A DNA stretch of 63,958 nt, the filler included, from Reticulomyxa filosa (Eukaryota > Protista > Foraminifera): assembly GCA_000512085.1 (NCBI GenBank). It is 20 parts of 20 records of this genome, joined end to end, with 100 filler letters (N's around TTAATTAATTAA, not from the genome) between each part and the next. Parts side by side here need not be neighbours in the genome. Positions count along the whole stretch, not along the records: positions 24,945 to 38,066 come from ASPP01021363.1; positions 38,167 to 40,491 come from ASPP01018414.1; 18 more parts are not named here. One strand, given 5' to 3'. Below, piece by piece: positions 27,087-38,199 of the stretch (positions are counted from its first letter, which is position 1; each line of letters begins with the position of its first letter). The notes below the pieces were generated by a model. The model was given only the letters and a program-made list of their open reading frames with translations, was not told the origin of the DNA and did not search any database. A program made the translations under genes and the position numbers.

Positions 27087-28186
27087 AAACCTCAAAGAGC
27101 AATAATATTATATATTGTATATCATCGTGTTTTTTTATCGGCGGTTTTCTCCATTGACGCCATTCGCTTTTTTTTGTATAGTTGTTTTTTTTCTAAATAC
27201 AAAAATGTGTGACCAAAGGCAGGTGTGGTACTGGGTGTCTTTTCAAAGTTTTTCTGATTCTATTATCAAGCCATCACATTTCTCAAATGGTAGTAACAAA
27301 ATAGAAATTTTGTGCTTTAGTAACAATCGCAATAAGGATTAATCAATAAAAATTATCCAATAGTAAGTACTATTTAACGAGTGCATAATCTGAATGGCGA
27401 TAGCGTTCCTTACGCTAAAACTGTTGCTTGAAAAGAATTGAAGTATATACGTATATACATACTAATTATTTAGCTTATGTACGGTTTGTAATAAGCATTT
27501 GATTAGAACTGCTCTGAACGTAGCAAATACAATAAGTATTTCATACCACAAAAATCATTGATAATAGCTTTAATCAAAACAATTATATACAATAGAATGT
27601 ACAGTAATAAAACTGTTTGTATATAACGTACATAAGTCGTACATGACCTATTTGAAAATATTTATGCTATGAGTATTTACTGAACATTGTCAAGACGACA
27701 ATACAAGCATCTTTTTTTGTTCAAGCTCAATCGGAGGATTAAAACTAGAAGTTTCTATAATATTTTTTACAATGAACAGCTTTTTTGTGGATGACGTATA
27801 TTATTTTGTATTGTGTGCGTGTTAACGTATATAAAGAATAATCTAATGAAGGAAAATTATAAACTGGAATAAATAGTTATGTAATTACCATAATCAATAG
27901 TCAATATTTCAATTAGATAAATATCAAATGAAGAATAGTTGTAGGAAAGATCATGTTGCCAAACTGTACAAAATGAAACAAGCAAATTCCTAATTGATCA
28001 TTGCCAAGAAACAGCGAATAAGATAGAAAATCTTTATGCTGACATACAAAAACAAGGACATTAGAATTAAGCGTTAATATTACAATACGGTAACGTATAT
28101 ATTTTAATGAAGATTTCGATATTTTTCAAAAAAATTTAAAACTCCTAAATTACTTCACAAATACTCAAACAACAAATTTTACTTTT

Positions 28187-30085
28187 TTACGCAAACAATG
28201 GGTTAATGACGTAAAAATCGTCAAGTGGTGTATTTGTTGCATCATCAATAAACTGGATATGGACATGTGAGGCATTCAAGAAGGTATTGTACGTGAAACC
28301 CCAGTGAGTAGTATCTTGATGCAGCCAATAACTTTGGTCACTTCTGGACGAGTCCAGGTCGAACCCAGACATTCCAATGACCATTTGAACAGGTGCACTG
28401 TTCCCAGAGACGCACTTTTGAGAGTAAACAGGACACGTTCGTCCATAATTGTGAATATGTCCCCATAATGCCAAAGCAACCTTATTATCATACAAGACAT
28501 CTTCCAACTGCGACTGGAAATAATCTGCAAATTGGGCATCATTTTGATTGAGAGTAGTCCAGTACATGGGTCTGTGGCCGCCCAAGACCAGCCAAGGTTG
28601 CGTTTTACGATTTGCGGATTGCATTGCCGACACAATGAAATTGTACTGTTCACTTCCAATAGTCCAATTGTGTTCGGTCGACATCACCACCACACGTACC
28701 ATGCCATAGTCAAAATAGTACCAAGGTTTACGTTCGGACAAGTTGTTCGTCTGTCCAAAATTGTTCGAAGAAAACCGGTGATACATACTGTAAACCGTTG
28801 AGCATTCACCTGAAGCAAGAAAAAAGGGGGGGGGGAACAACAACAAAAAAAACCGCCAATAAACTTTTTTTTTAAAAAAAAAAAGGGTACATATAAAAAA
28901 TGAACCTCCAGAATCTTCAAGTCCATAAATATTTCCAGCAGGAGGAGGAGGTACCCACTCACCACTCCATCCATTTTCATGATTTCCAATGCCAGTCATG
29001 TAAGGGAGACGTGACGTAATAGGTTGGATTTGGTGCAAATAGCAATCCCAGTCGCTGAGATACCCTCTGGCATAGCTAATGTCGCCAACATGCAAGACAA
29101 AGTCTGTCTTGTCCAAGTACTCACTTGCGATGAGCACGGTGGTATTGATGGAATGCGTTTCCGTGTTGTGTTCGTCATCGCTGTAATCATTTTGCACGAG
29201 CCCTAAATCGCCATATGCGATCATGCGCACGGGTGTATTCGTGTCCCCACTGGCAGGACTACTTGTGAAATTAAACACTTCACTAAAGTCACCCCCTTCT
29301 TCCTCGTTATTATCGCCTGCATCTCCAACCCGATAAAAATAAACCGTGTTCGGTTTCAGCAATGTTAAATTGCCCGAGATACGGTAGCCCAACACAAAGT
29401 ACCCATCATTTGCTGCTGGTTCCGAATCCACGTCACAAAAGTCGGTCTTCGAGACAGACATCACGTTCAATCCTTGGCCTTGGATTACATTTGTCAGACT
29501 TGTTGGCGATAAGCCGTACTGGATTTGTGGCGATGATACTTGCTTCTGTGTCCATAATATCATTATCGTGTTTGCGTAATTTGCTGACGAGGCAAATAGT
29601 GTTGCTATGTGTACGTGCATGGGCGCGTTCTGATTTTCATACGTTACCACATTTGACACTGCCAAAATCAAACGGTATTTGTTGCCATCCATACCTCGCG
29701 CATACACAAAAACTAAGTTTACACGGTAATTCAATAACTGGAATTTAAATGTCCCTTGGCTGGAATTGCTTGTTATTTTCTTGAATTTTATTGGTGCCAT
29801 CTCTTGCAATGCCGTCATGTTGTTCGCATACGCCGCGTCAAATACACCCACCCAGTCCATTGATATGTTTGCATCTTCCACGTTTGTATAAGTCACTTGC
29901 ACATATGTCTTGTCGCTGCTCACCGTTGATGGACTCGCCGTCAGTACGGCGTCCCCGAAAATCATCTGCTTCGACCTGTCCACTTGTTGCGCACGCAAAT
30001 TGCGCTTCACATTGTGAACTTCATGACCAATGGTCAATGGTAACACGCAGACAGAGATTAATAAGACAAAAAATGTCTTTATCAT
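28187..30085 (-). CDS. Secreted purple acid phosphatase (plant PAP27/NPP-like architecture)
   Basis: Signal peptide; metal-ligand motifs GDLG, GDISY, GNHE, GHRPMY and GHIHNY. A 96-nt in-frame intron (28810-28905) is read through by the ORF track; removing it restores DSGGEC. Confidence 0.95.
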   Translation of the reverse strand: MIKTFFVLLISVCVLPLTIGHEVHNVKRNLRAQQVDRSKQMIFGDAVLTASPSTVSSDKTYVQVTYTNVEDANISMDWVGVFDAAYANNMTALQEMAPIKFKKITSNSSQGTFKFQLLNYRVNLVFVYARGMDGNKYRLILAVSNVVTYENQNAPMHVHIATLFASSANYANTIMILWTQKQVSSPQIQYGLSPTSLTNVIQGQGLNVMSVSKTDFCDVDSEPAANDGYFVLGYRISGNLTLLKPNTVYFYRVGDAGDNNEEEGGDFSEVFNFTSSPASGDTNTPVRMIAYGDLGLVQNDYSDDEHNTETHSINTTVLIASEYLDKTDFVLHVGDISYARGYLSDWDCYLHQIQPITSRLPYMTGIGNHENGWSGEWVPPPPAGNIYGLEDSGGSFFICTLFFFKKKVYWRFFLLLFPPPFFLASGECSTVYSMYHRFSSNNFGQTNNLSERKPWYYFDYGMVRVVVMSTEHNWTIGSEQYNFIVSAMQSANRKTQPWLVLGGHRPMYWTTLNQNDAQFADYFQSQLEDVLYDNKVALALWGHIHNYGRTCPVYSQKCVSGNSAPVQMVIGMSGFDLDSSRSDQSYWLHQDTTHWGFTYNTFLNASHVHIQFIDDATNTPLDDFYVINPLFA

Positions 30086-30569
30086 TTCTTCTTTTTTTTA
30101 CAATTATCTTTCGTGGGGATAAAAAATGCCATCCCCCTCGCCTTGGAGTTGCCTCCAACGTTCACGTAAAAAACATATCTTAAAAAAAGGACTAGTCTTA
30201 TTTACGCTTTGCCCTTCACATTTGCAAATTTTTCTTAACAAACAATGACAGTGATGTCAAATTAAAGTATAAGTTCAATTGAAAAATTAATTTTAAATGA
30301 AAATTTAAATTGTTGATTTTTTTATTTTTTAGAAAAAAACAACAACAATAAACAATTGGTGATGCAATTTGTTCAATTCTGAGCTCTTGCACAAAATCAA
30401 TACCACGTGAGCAAAATGGTGACACGACAAGAGCTTAAAGCTCAAAAGTATGTATTGTATGTTAATGAAGATTGGTTACTGACAAAATATAGAAAACGTT
30501 TTTATATTGTTTCAAAAATGGACTAAATATATCAGACAACAGTGGTTGACAAAACATCGAGTAAACAAA

Positions 30570-31511
30570 ATGATTGAAAATGAAAAAATAAAGCATCATT
30601 CATTTGAAAAGCAGCACCAAGAATATAACGATGCATCACTTTTCGATTCGCTAACTTCTTCAATAAGTGTTAAAATCGCTCAAAGCCTTGAACAAAAATT
30701 TCGAAGCAAAGCTAAAAATACTAACGATACAAGCGAGCAATTATGCGAAAAATTGCAAACTTTTGTTGAAAGTGAACTACATCAAAATTGTTGCATTTGT
30801 ATGGAATTAATGACACCTCCACAAAAAGAACCAGTATTATTAATCCCTTGTTCTCACACTTTTTGTAATCAGTGCATTTCAAAGATCGTTAATGAAAGTT
30901 TTGAAAATACAACCAAAATTTTCGTTATTTAAAAAATATAAAAAGCTCTTTAGTATTATTCCAATTCGATACGTTTGTGCGGGGGAACAAAACAAAAAGA
31001 CTCTACCGCCAAGAGAAAGTGCCCGCTGTGTCGACAATCCTTTAATCATTTCGTTGTTAACGTTCCCTTGAAGCAACTTATTGAAAAGTTGAAACAAAAA
31101 CAAGATGATTTGAAAAAAGGGACGCCTGTGGATTCAGTTTTTAATGAACTGGATCAACAAAATCAGCGTCAAAATGCAACAGAAGTAGACTTATTGACAA
31201 TCCGTGAGCAAGTTTTACGTCAAGAATTAACCCACGTGGTGCAAGAGGCCGACCATCACCAAAAAAACTTGGCACACTGTCATTTACTTGTGAACCAACT
31301 CAAACAAAAAGACGTGCAACTCCGTTCCGCATTATCCTCTTTAGAAAAAGAGCTTCAGGCAAATCAACACGCAATCCTTTGTGCCACTCAAAAATGTGAT
31401 GATATTTCTCATCTTTTCAAAAAAAATTCTGAAAAAAAGCATCTTATTCAAAATGTGCTCACAGATCTTCAACAAAAATTGGATAAACTTCGCGTTTTCC
31501 AAAATATATGA
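30570..31511 (+). CDS. RING-HC (C3HC4) finger plus coiled-coil protein
   Basis: CCICMELM...LIPCSHTFCNQC...KCPLC after removing intron 30888-30953; heptad-rich C-terminus. Confidence 0.88.
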
Positions 31512-31702
31512 ATTTTCACAATGAAAAGAATTAATTTATTCTATTTAATAACTCAAAGTATAAAAGAGTGTTGATAAAAGTAATATTTTTTATAAAATAT
31601 AATTTACCTTTACACTTAAATAAATATTTATTTTCAGTCAACAGTTTTGAAAACTGAAAGAACGGGGCAATCGTAGTATAGTCTAAAAAAGTTTGATCTC
31701 GA

Positions 31703-33325
31703 ATGTTTCCTTCATTAAATAAAAAAGTGCCTTTTTGGAAATTGCTTGAGCGTCGCATAGGCCGACGTTTGACGTTGCATAAAGGTCATATTATAACTGT
31801 CGGTATTATTTTCTTGGTAGTAGTATTCTTACTATGGAGACAACTGCCAAAAGCAAACAATGCAGATAAAGCATTGAATGCAAACGAAGACAAAAGAAGT
31901 GAAGCACTGGCAGAAAAGAAAGCAATACTACCAAACAAGGTGCAACAAGAGCAAGAGCAAAAATCAAAAAGCAATGAATTGAAACCAAGTAAAGAAACAA
32001 AGATAAGGGATCAAAAGCAAATATTGGAAAGTATGGGTCAAGTGCACATTTTTTACTACCCATGGTATGGAAACATTGAAACGGACAAAGAGTGGGTTCA
32101 TTGGAACCATGACATATTGCCTCATTGGAGTGAAATGGAAAATGCGAAATATGAGATTGGAAAAGAATTTGAGCCTTGCGAAGACATTGGAAGTGTGTTT
32201 TATCCATCACTGAAGTGCTACTCAAGCAGAGACGCACAAGTGATAACCACACACGCATTCGATCATTTGGCCAACAGAGCCAACGTCAATGTGTTGATTG
32301 TGTCTTGGCACAGTCCATTGGTGGACCAAAAAAATATGTATAAAAAGGATACCATTACAAGTGACAATCTAAAAAAATTATTTGAAGTTATTTCCGAAGC
32401 AAATGCAAATCTAATGAAAAGTAATCATACCAATACAGATGGGTTGGTGAAAATTGGTATTCATTTGGAGCCTTATGATCACAGGACTGCAGAATCAACA
32501 GTCAAAGACATCCAATATTTATTTGATCAGTTTGGAGGTGAGGCCTATGCAAATACCTTTGCCAATCTATTTTATGTGTATGACTCATACAAAATGGCGA
32601 ATGCGGAATGGAGACGTATGTTTGCCCAAATTCGCAACACCAAATATGATGGCATTTTCTTAGGATTATATCTGGATGACACGAGTGAAAAACATATCCT
32701 CGAAAGTGGATTTGATGGCTTTTATACGTATTTTGGGAGCCAGCTCTTTACCAAAGGATCCAATTTCCACAATTGGGATCAGCTCAATGCCTTTGCTTAT
32801 AAGCACAATTTGATCTTTGTTCCAAGTGTCAGTCCTGGATATGACGATACCAGAATTCGGCCTTGGAATGCTATGAATACACAGCCTCGGAAAAATGGAG
32901 CGTATTACAAAGACTATTGGAATGCCATTTTCAAAATCAATGCCCTCACGCCACATCAGCCTATTCGCTTTGTGTCCATCACTTCTTTCAATGAGTGGCA
33001 CGAAGGGACACAAATTGAACCTTCCATATCCTACACCAGTACAAAAACTAAGTTTACTTATCACGATTATCGCAACGAAGGTGGTGAATTTGCATATTTG
33101 CAAATTACCAAAGATTGTGTCGCTGAATTTTATAAAATCTTTGCAATCATGATATTTATTTTTTTTTGGACTCTGATTTTCTGGCAAGTTATATTGACCA
33201 CAGACAAAATAAAACTATATGTTTTACAACTTTTCTTGTTTATTATTGATGTAATATTGACACAACAGCTTTCAATTAAGCACATTTTTGATATAAGTTT
33301 ATTAAAAAAAGGTTGTTCAACTTAA
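31703..33325 (+). CDS. MANEA: GH99 glycoprotein endo-alpha-1,2-mannosidase-like, type II membrane protein
   Basis: N-terminal TM and stem; HIFYYPWYG, HWNH, FYPSL..YSS, HLEPY, FYVYDSY, GFDGFYTYF, PSVSPGYDDTRIRPWN, ITSFNEWHEGTQIEP (catalytic ExxE). The true 3' end after about 33140 is uncertain. Confidence 0.93.
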   Translation: MFPSLNKKVPFWKLLERRIGRRLTLHKGHIITVGIIFLVVVFLLWRQLPKANNADKALNANEDKRSEALAEKKAILPNKVQQEQEQKSKSNELKPSKETKIRDQKQILESMGQVHIFYYPWYGNIETDKEWVHWNHDILPHWSEMENAKYEIGKEFEPCEDIGSVFYPSLKCYSSRDAQVITTHAFDHLANRANVNVLIVSWHSPLVDQKNMYKKDTITSDNLKKLFEVISEANANLMKSNHTNTDGLVKIGIHLEPYDHRTAESTVKDIQYLFDQFGGEAYANTFANLFYVYDSYKMANAEWRRMFAQIRNTKYDGIFLGLYLDDTSEKHILESGFDGFYTYFGSQLFTKGSNFHNWDQLNAFAYKHNLIFVPSVSPGYDDTRIRPWNAMNTQPRKNGAYYKDYWNAIFKINALTPHQPIRFVSITSFNEWHEGTQIEPSISYTSTKTKFTYHDYRNEGGEFAYLQITKDCVAEFYKIFAIMIFIFFWTLIFWQVILTTDKIKLYVLQLFLFIIDVILTQQLSIKHIFDISLLKKGCST

Positions 33326-33386
33326 TCCAAATGAAATTGAAAAAAACTGTTGAAGCGTTTTTTTTTTCCTCTCACTTGAAGCTGCT

Positions 33387-34640
33387 CTAAGTCTCCCACA
33401 GCCGTACTGTGCGATCAAAAGAACACGACACAATACGGTTTCCTTCTGGTGAAAAATCGACTCCTTTTACAAAATAAGTGTGTCCTGTCAAAGTTTGCAT
33501 TTCTATTCCTGAGCTAACGTCCCATAATCGAATTGTTTTATCATTTGAACAAGACACAAGTGAATGACCATCAAATGAGTACTTTACATCGGTCACCACG
33601 TCGAAGTGTCCTTTGAGCACTTTCACTGGTATTCCTGATACCTTCCATATTCGAATAGTTTCATCTCGTGAGCCAGACGCAATGTAATGGCCACTTGGAG
33701 AAAAGTGTGCCACCATTACTTCACCTGAATGTCCCACCAACTCATGCAAAGCCTCTCCTGATTTCAAGTCAAATATTATAATTTTGCCATCTGCAAATGC
33801 AGACACAATTTTTTGGCCATCTGGTGAAAATTGTACATCATTGATTATCTTCGTATGTTTGTATAGTATTTTAATCATTCGTCCAGATGATACATCCCAT
33901 AATCTAATTGTTTTGTCCAGTGAACATGATGCAATGATATTTCCAGCAGGTGAAAATCGAGCACGTGTCACAGCAGATGAATGACCTTCCAAATGCCTTG
34001 TTGATCCTGAGTCCACTTTCAACAATCGAATGCTGTTATCATGTGAGCAGGTTACCACCAGCTTGCCATTGGATGAATATTGTGCATGATTGATACTACG
34101 CGAATGTCCTCTGAAATTACTTGTTTCTTTTCCTGATTCTACGTCCCATATTCGAGTGGTTAAGTCATAGGAACATGAAATAATCTTTCTACCATCGGGC
34201 GAAAAGTTTACGCTTACCACAAAATCTGAATGTCCATTAAATACTTTCACTAGTTTAAAATATTTGACCTAATTTGCGTTTTTTTAAAGCATTTCAATTG
34301 AACTTACAAGCACTAACACCAAACGTGTTGTGTCAATCAATGCAAAACAAATATACATAACATATCTCATAATAATTTTTTCAAATTCGTCGATCCATCC
34401 TCTTCGGATTGACGAAGACCGAACCCAGTACTGTAAAATCAAGGCTGTCTTTTCTTGGCTCTGTTTTGACAAAAAAGAGACATAATTTCAAGCATTTTTC
34501 ATTGTTCTTTGTTGGCAATCGTCTACTACAATAACAATGAATTCTTTCTTAACAGGTTCGCCTTGAGTCGAGGTAGACGCTGACGATTGCCCAACATTTT
34601 TATTACCTGCTGGTGAGATATTTTTTTTGAGTGTGGCCAT
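33387..34640 (-). CDS. WD40-repeat protein (7 blades) with N-terminal 'W.R...I..GWI..F.K' motif
   Basis: Seven GH...V..V.FSP.G..I.S.S.D.TIRLWD repeats; upstream exon LILQYWVRSSSIRRGWIDEFEKIIMRY; likely ATG at 34640. Confidence 0.93.
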
Positions 34641-35898
34641 TTCAACGTAAGCTGCACTATTTTATTATAATAATGATTCAGAAATAAACAATTCAAAATT
34701 TCTGCCTTTTCTAAGTCAAACTTTTTTTTTTGTGGTTTGCATACTTCACAATACCAATCGATATTTTAAAGAGCTTTATTTATCAAAAAAGTGCAATGAA
34801 TGGCCTATTCTGAGCCTAGGAAACAAAATAAAATTATAATTTTATTGTTGTCACAAAATTATAGAAATATTGTATGGTTAATTGTTTTTATTTGAAAACA
34901 AAACGATGTTGTAAATAAATTTTCCATGTTTATCTTATACAAGGAAATTAGAAACGCTTAAACTTATATTGATAGTTTGCCATAATTCTTTTGTAAATCA
35001 AAGTATTAGTTTTTAATGCAACGAAAAAACAATTGATATTTGTCATGGTTATGCCAAATAACCGCAAAGTCACACTCAGAACAAAATAATATAAATACAC
35101 ATACTTCAACAACACGTGTTCAATCGACTATCGCATTATACAAATATTCTAGAGCACTGTACAGACTATTTTTTCTTATGCTGATTTGGCGACAGTGAAA
35201 TCAATTCAAATAATGTTTGAAAATTGAGTCGGATATTCTTCCATACAAATAATATGTTGATGCTTTAGAAACAAGCACATACAAAACACATTTTCTACAA
35301 TTGTTATCGAATTAATTTTTACAGGTGAATTATCAATAGTAATTCAAGAAACTTTGATTAGAGTTTTTCACAAAAGGGAGTATCACTTTAAATAAAATCC
35401 AGAAAGCTAAAAGTGCCTTGAGGTTTTCTTGGTATTCCTTTTGGCCACAAGAGGCTATATTTCTCTCAATCATGATATCTAGCAGAAATGTTTGAAATGT
35501 TTTGTTATTATTTTTGTCATTGCTTTTATCCCACTGATTAAAGTGTTTGTGGAAGAAAGCTGTCCACAATACTTCGTATCCACATCGGACAGTTTTACCA
35601 TCAAGTGAACACAGACCAACTGTAAATTGCAATAGAGCATATGTGCATGTTTAATATAAAAGACGGCTTGGTCTTTCATTGCGGTTAGGAATTACATACG
35701 ATGCAAGACCATAAAAAAATCTAAGCCACAAGGAATATTTTTGTAGTGTGTGTTAATTTATCAGATAAAAATGATTTTAAAGTGCGATACACTCACCTTT
35801 TTTTGAAAAAAAACAAACGAAAAACGAGAGTGGAAAAGGGGTTTTAAAAACTGGAGTAGAGAAAAAGTTGTTTCCTATTAACTGACTAAGCTAGGCTA

Positions 35899-38066
35899 AT
35901 GTCTTTGAAAGCATTTATTTATCTTGAAAAAAAGATGCATGAAGTGACACTCACTTCTTTGGACCTAAGAGGCTTGAAAGAAAAAGTGGTGGAATTACTC
36001 AACAAAACCAAGAACAGTAATTCTTCAATTCATTTTAAAATTGCTGACAACAGTGGTCAAGAAATTAACAATGATCAACAATTACAAAATGCATTTCAAA
36101 CACAACCTGTTTTCTTTTTTGTCCATTTCAATCAAAGTTTTGTTCCATTTTTTTTTATTCATTTATTCTTTTTTAAAAAAATTATTAAATTAATAAAACA
36201 GATGATGAGAATAAATATAAAGAAGATGAAAAAAAAAGAAGAAGAAGAGAATGATGATGATTGTCATAAAATCGTAAATCCATTAGTATTATTAACAGGA
36301 GCTGCAAAATATGAAAATTTGGATTATTTGCCTGGAGTGAAAACAGATTTAATGATTCTTCGAAAATTATTTGAAGAAATATATGGATATAAAGTATATT
36401 GTACATATGATCCAAATAATCCAGAAACTGAATCATTAACATTTAAACAATTTAATATTTTTTTAAATGATCATTATTCTAGTTTAATTAAATCAAATGA
36501 CGATAATTATGATTCATTTATATTTGTATGGTGTGGTCATGGTAATACAAAATTAGAAGAAGGAGATACATTAATAACATCAGATGATGATAAATATAAA
36601 TCATTTAAAAAAATACAAGAAATATTTACACATGATACAGATGTGTTTTTAAATAAACCAAAAATATTTATTAAAAATGCATGTCGAGGAAATGAAGAAC
36701 CTCAAAAAAGGAAAAGAGGAACTAATCAACAACAACAATGGCATAATATTGAATCAGATACTTTGATTATATTTTCAACAACTCCTGGAAAATATATATT
36801 TGATTCATCTGATTCTAATAAAGGAAAAGGAAGTTATTTTACAGAATGTTTTTGTGATATAATGTCACAAAATATTAAATTATCAAAATCATTAGATGAT
36901 AATGTAAGATTAATTACTAAATTAGTTAAACAAAAAGCATTAGCAGGACAAATTATTCAAACAACTACAACTTGTGATCGACGTGTATTTCTTTATAATA
37001 ATTATTATTATTTATCAAATACAAGTATTGAAATGAATCAAAATCATCCATGGAATAAAGCAAATAAAAAAGCACATGAAATTGTGAATCAAATGATAAA
37101 TGAAAAACAACAAGGAATAATAGTTATTTCAACAAATATTGATCAATTTGCAAAATCAAATAATAAAAAATTTTGGCAAGAAGTTCCATTTTCAATGATG
37201 ATTAATTCAAAAGAATATTTAAAACAGAAAATAATAATTGGAAAATATTCAATTTGTTTGTTTTGTTCCAAAAAATAACATTTGATGATATCACAATTGA
37301 TGGATGTGTTTATGTTGTTGATTGTGTTATTCGTGGAATTGGAAATTGCTATATTACTCAACAGCTTATCCATACTAATAAATCTGTTATCCAATGTTCT
37401 TTTCATTCTCCTGTTTTTACTTGCTCTTGGCCAATTAATACAAAACAATTAATGTATTCAGGGAATAAATTATTACAAAATTCAAATTTGAACGAAGCAA
37501 TTCAATTTTTTCATTTTTTACTTTGTGTTAGATTGCAGACATTACATCATTCTCACATTGATGTTGCAAAGTCTTATTTTTACTTGGGTATTGCATATTA
37601 TAATAAAAGAGAATACGACAAAGCAGTTGAATATTATGAAAGATCGTTGAAACCATCAGATTGGTATAAATTTGGACATGATCACACTGATGTTGCTCAT
37701 TCATACAATAATTTGGGACGTGTTTATAAAAAGAAAGGAGAATACGATAAAGCAATTGAATATTATGAAAAATCATTGAAAATCAGATTGGATAAATTGG
37801 GACATGATCACATTCATGTTGCTTCTTTATACAATAATTTGGGAAATATTTATGAAAAGAAAGGAGAATACAATAAAGCAATTGAATATTATGAAAAATC
37901 GTTGAAAATCAGATTGGATAAATTGGGACATGATCACATTTATGTTGCTACTTCATACAACGACTTGGGAGATGCTTATAAGGAAAAAGGAGAATACGAC
38001 AAAGCAATTGAATATTATGAAAAATCATTGAAAATCAGATTGGATAAATTGGGACATGATCACATT
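35899..38066 (+). CDS. PB1/ubiquitin-like + caspase-fold (clan CD, C14-like) peptidase + TPR-repeat protein, 3' truncated
   Basis: FIFVWCGHG (catalytic His), NKPKIFIKNACRG (catalytic Cys), DTLIIFSTTPGK and GSYF; 42-aa TPRs. Probable intron near 36137-36201 and a probable A-run frameshift near 37270. Confidence 0.9.
37677..38066 (+). repeat. 126-bp coding tandem repeat (42-aa TPR): 3 near-identical units, 1 partial unit, and a diverged unit upstream
   Basis: Units start at 37677, 37803, 37929 and 38055, each with CATGATCACA. The contig breaks inside the array. Confidence 0.97.
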
Positions 38067-38199
38067 NNNNNNNNNNNNNNNNNNNNNNNNNNNNNNNNNN
38101 NNNNNNNNNNTTAATTAATTAANNNNNNNNNNNNNNNNNNNNNNNNNNNNNNNNNNNNNNNNNNNNAAAAAAAAAAAAAAAATAAAAAAAAAATAAAAG

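Noticed and set aside
27401-27417. Hairpin TAGCGT-TCCTT-ACGCTA as a terminator or Helitron end
   Set aside because: A 6-bp stem is expected by chance in 64 kb; there is no CTRR end or second copy.
37677-38066. Diversity-generating retroelement acting on the TPRs (NNT-type variable codons)
   Set aside because: No template repeat or DGR-type reverse transcriptase is in the window. The only RT-related sequence is a dead LINE on another contig, and T-ending codons are expected from AT bias.
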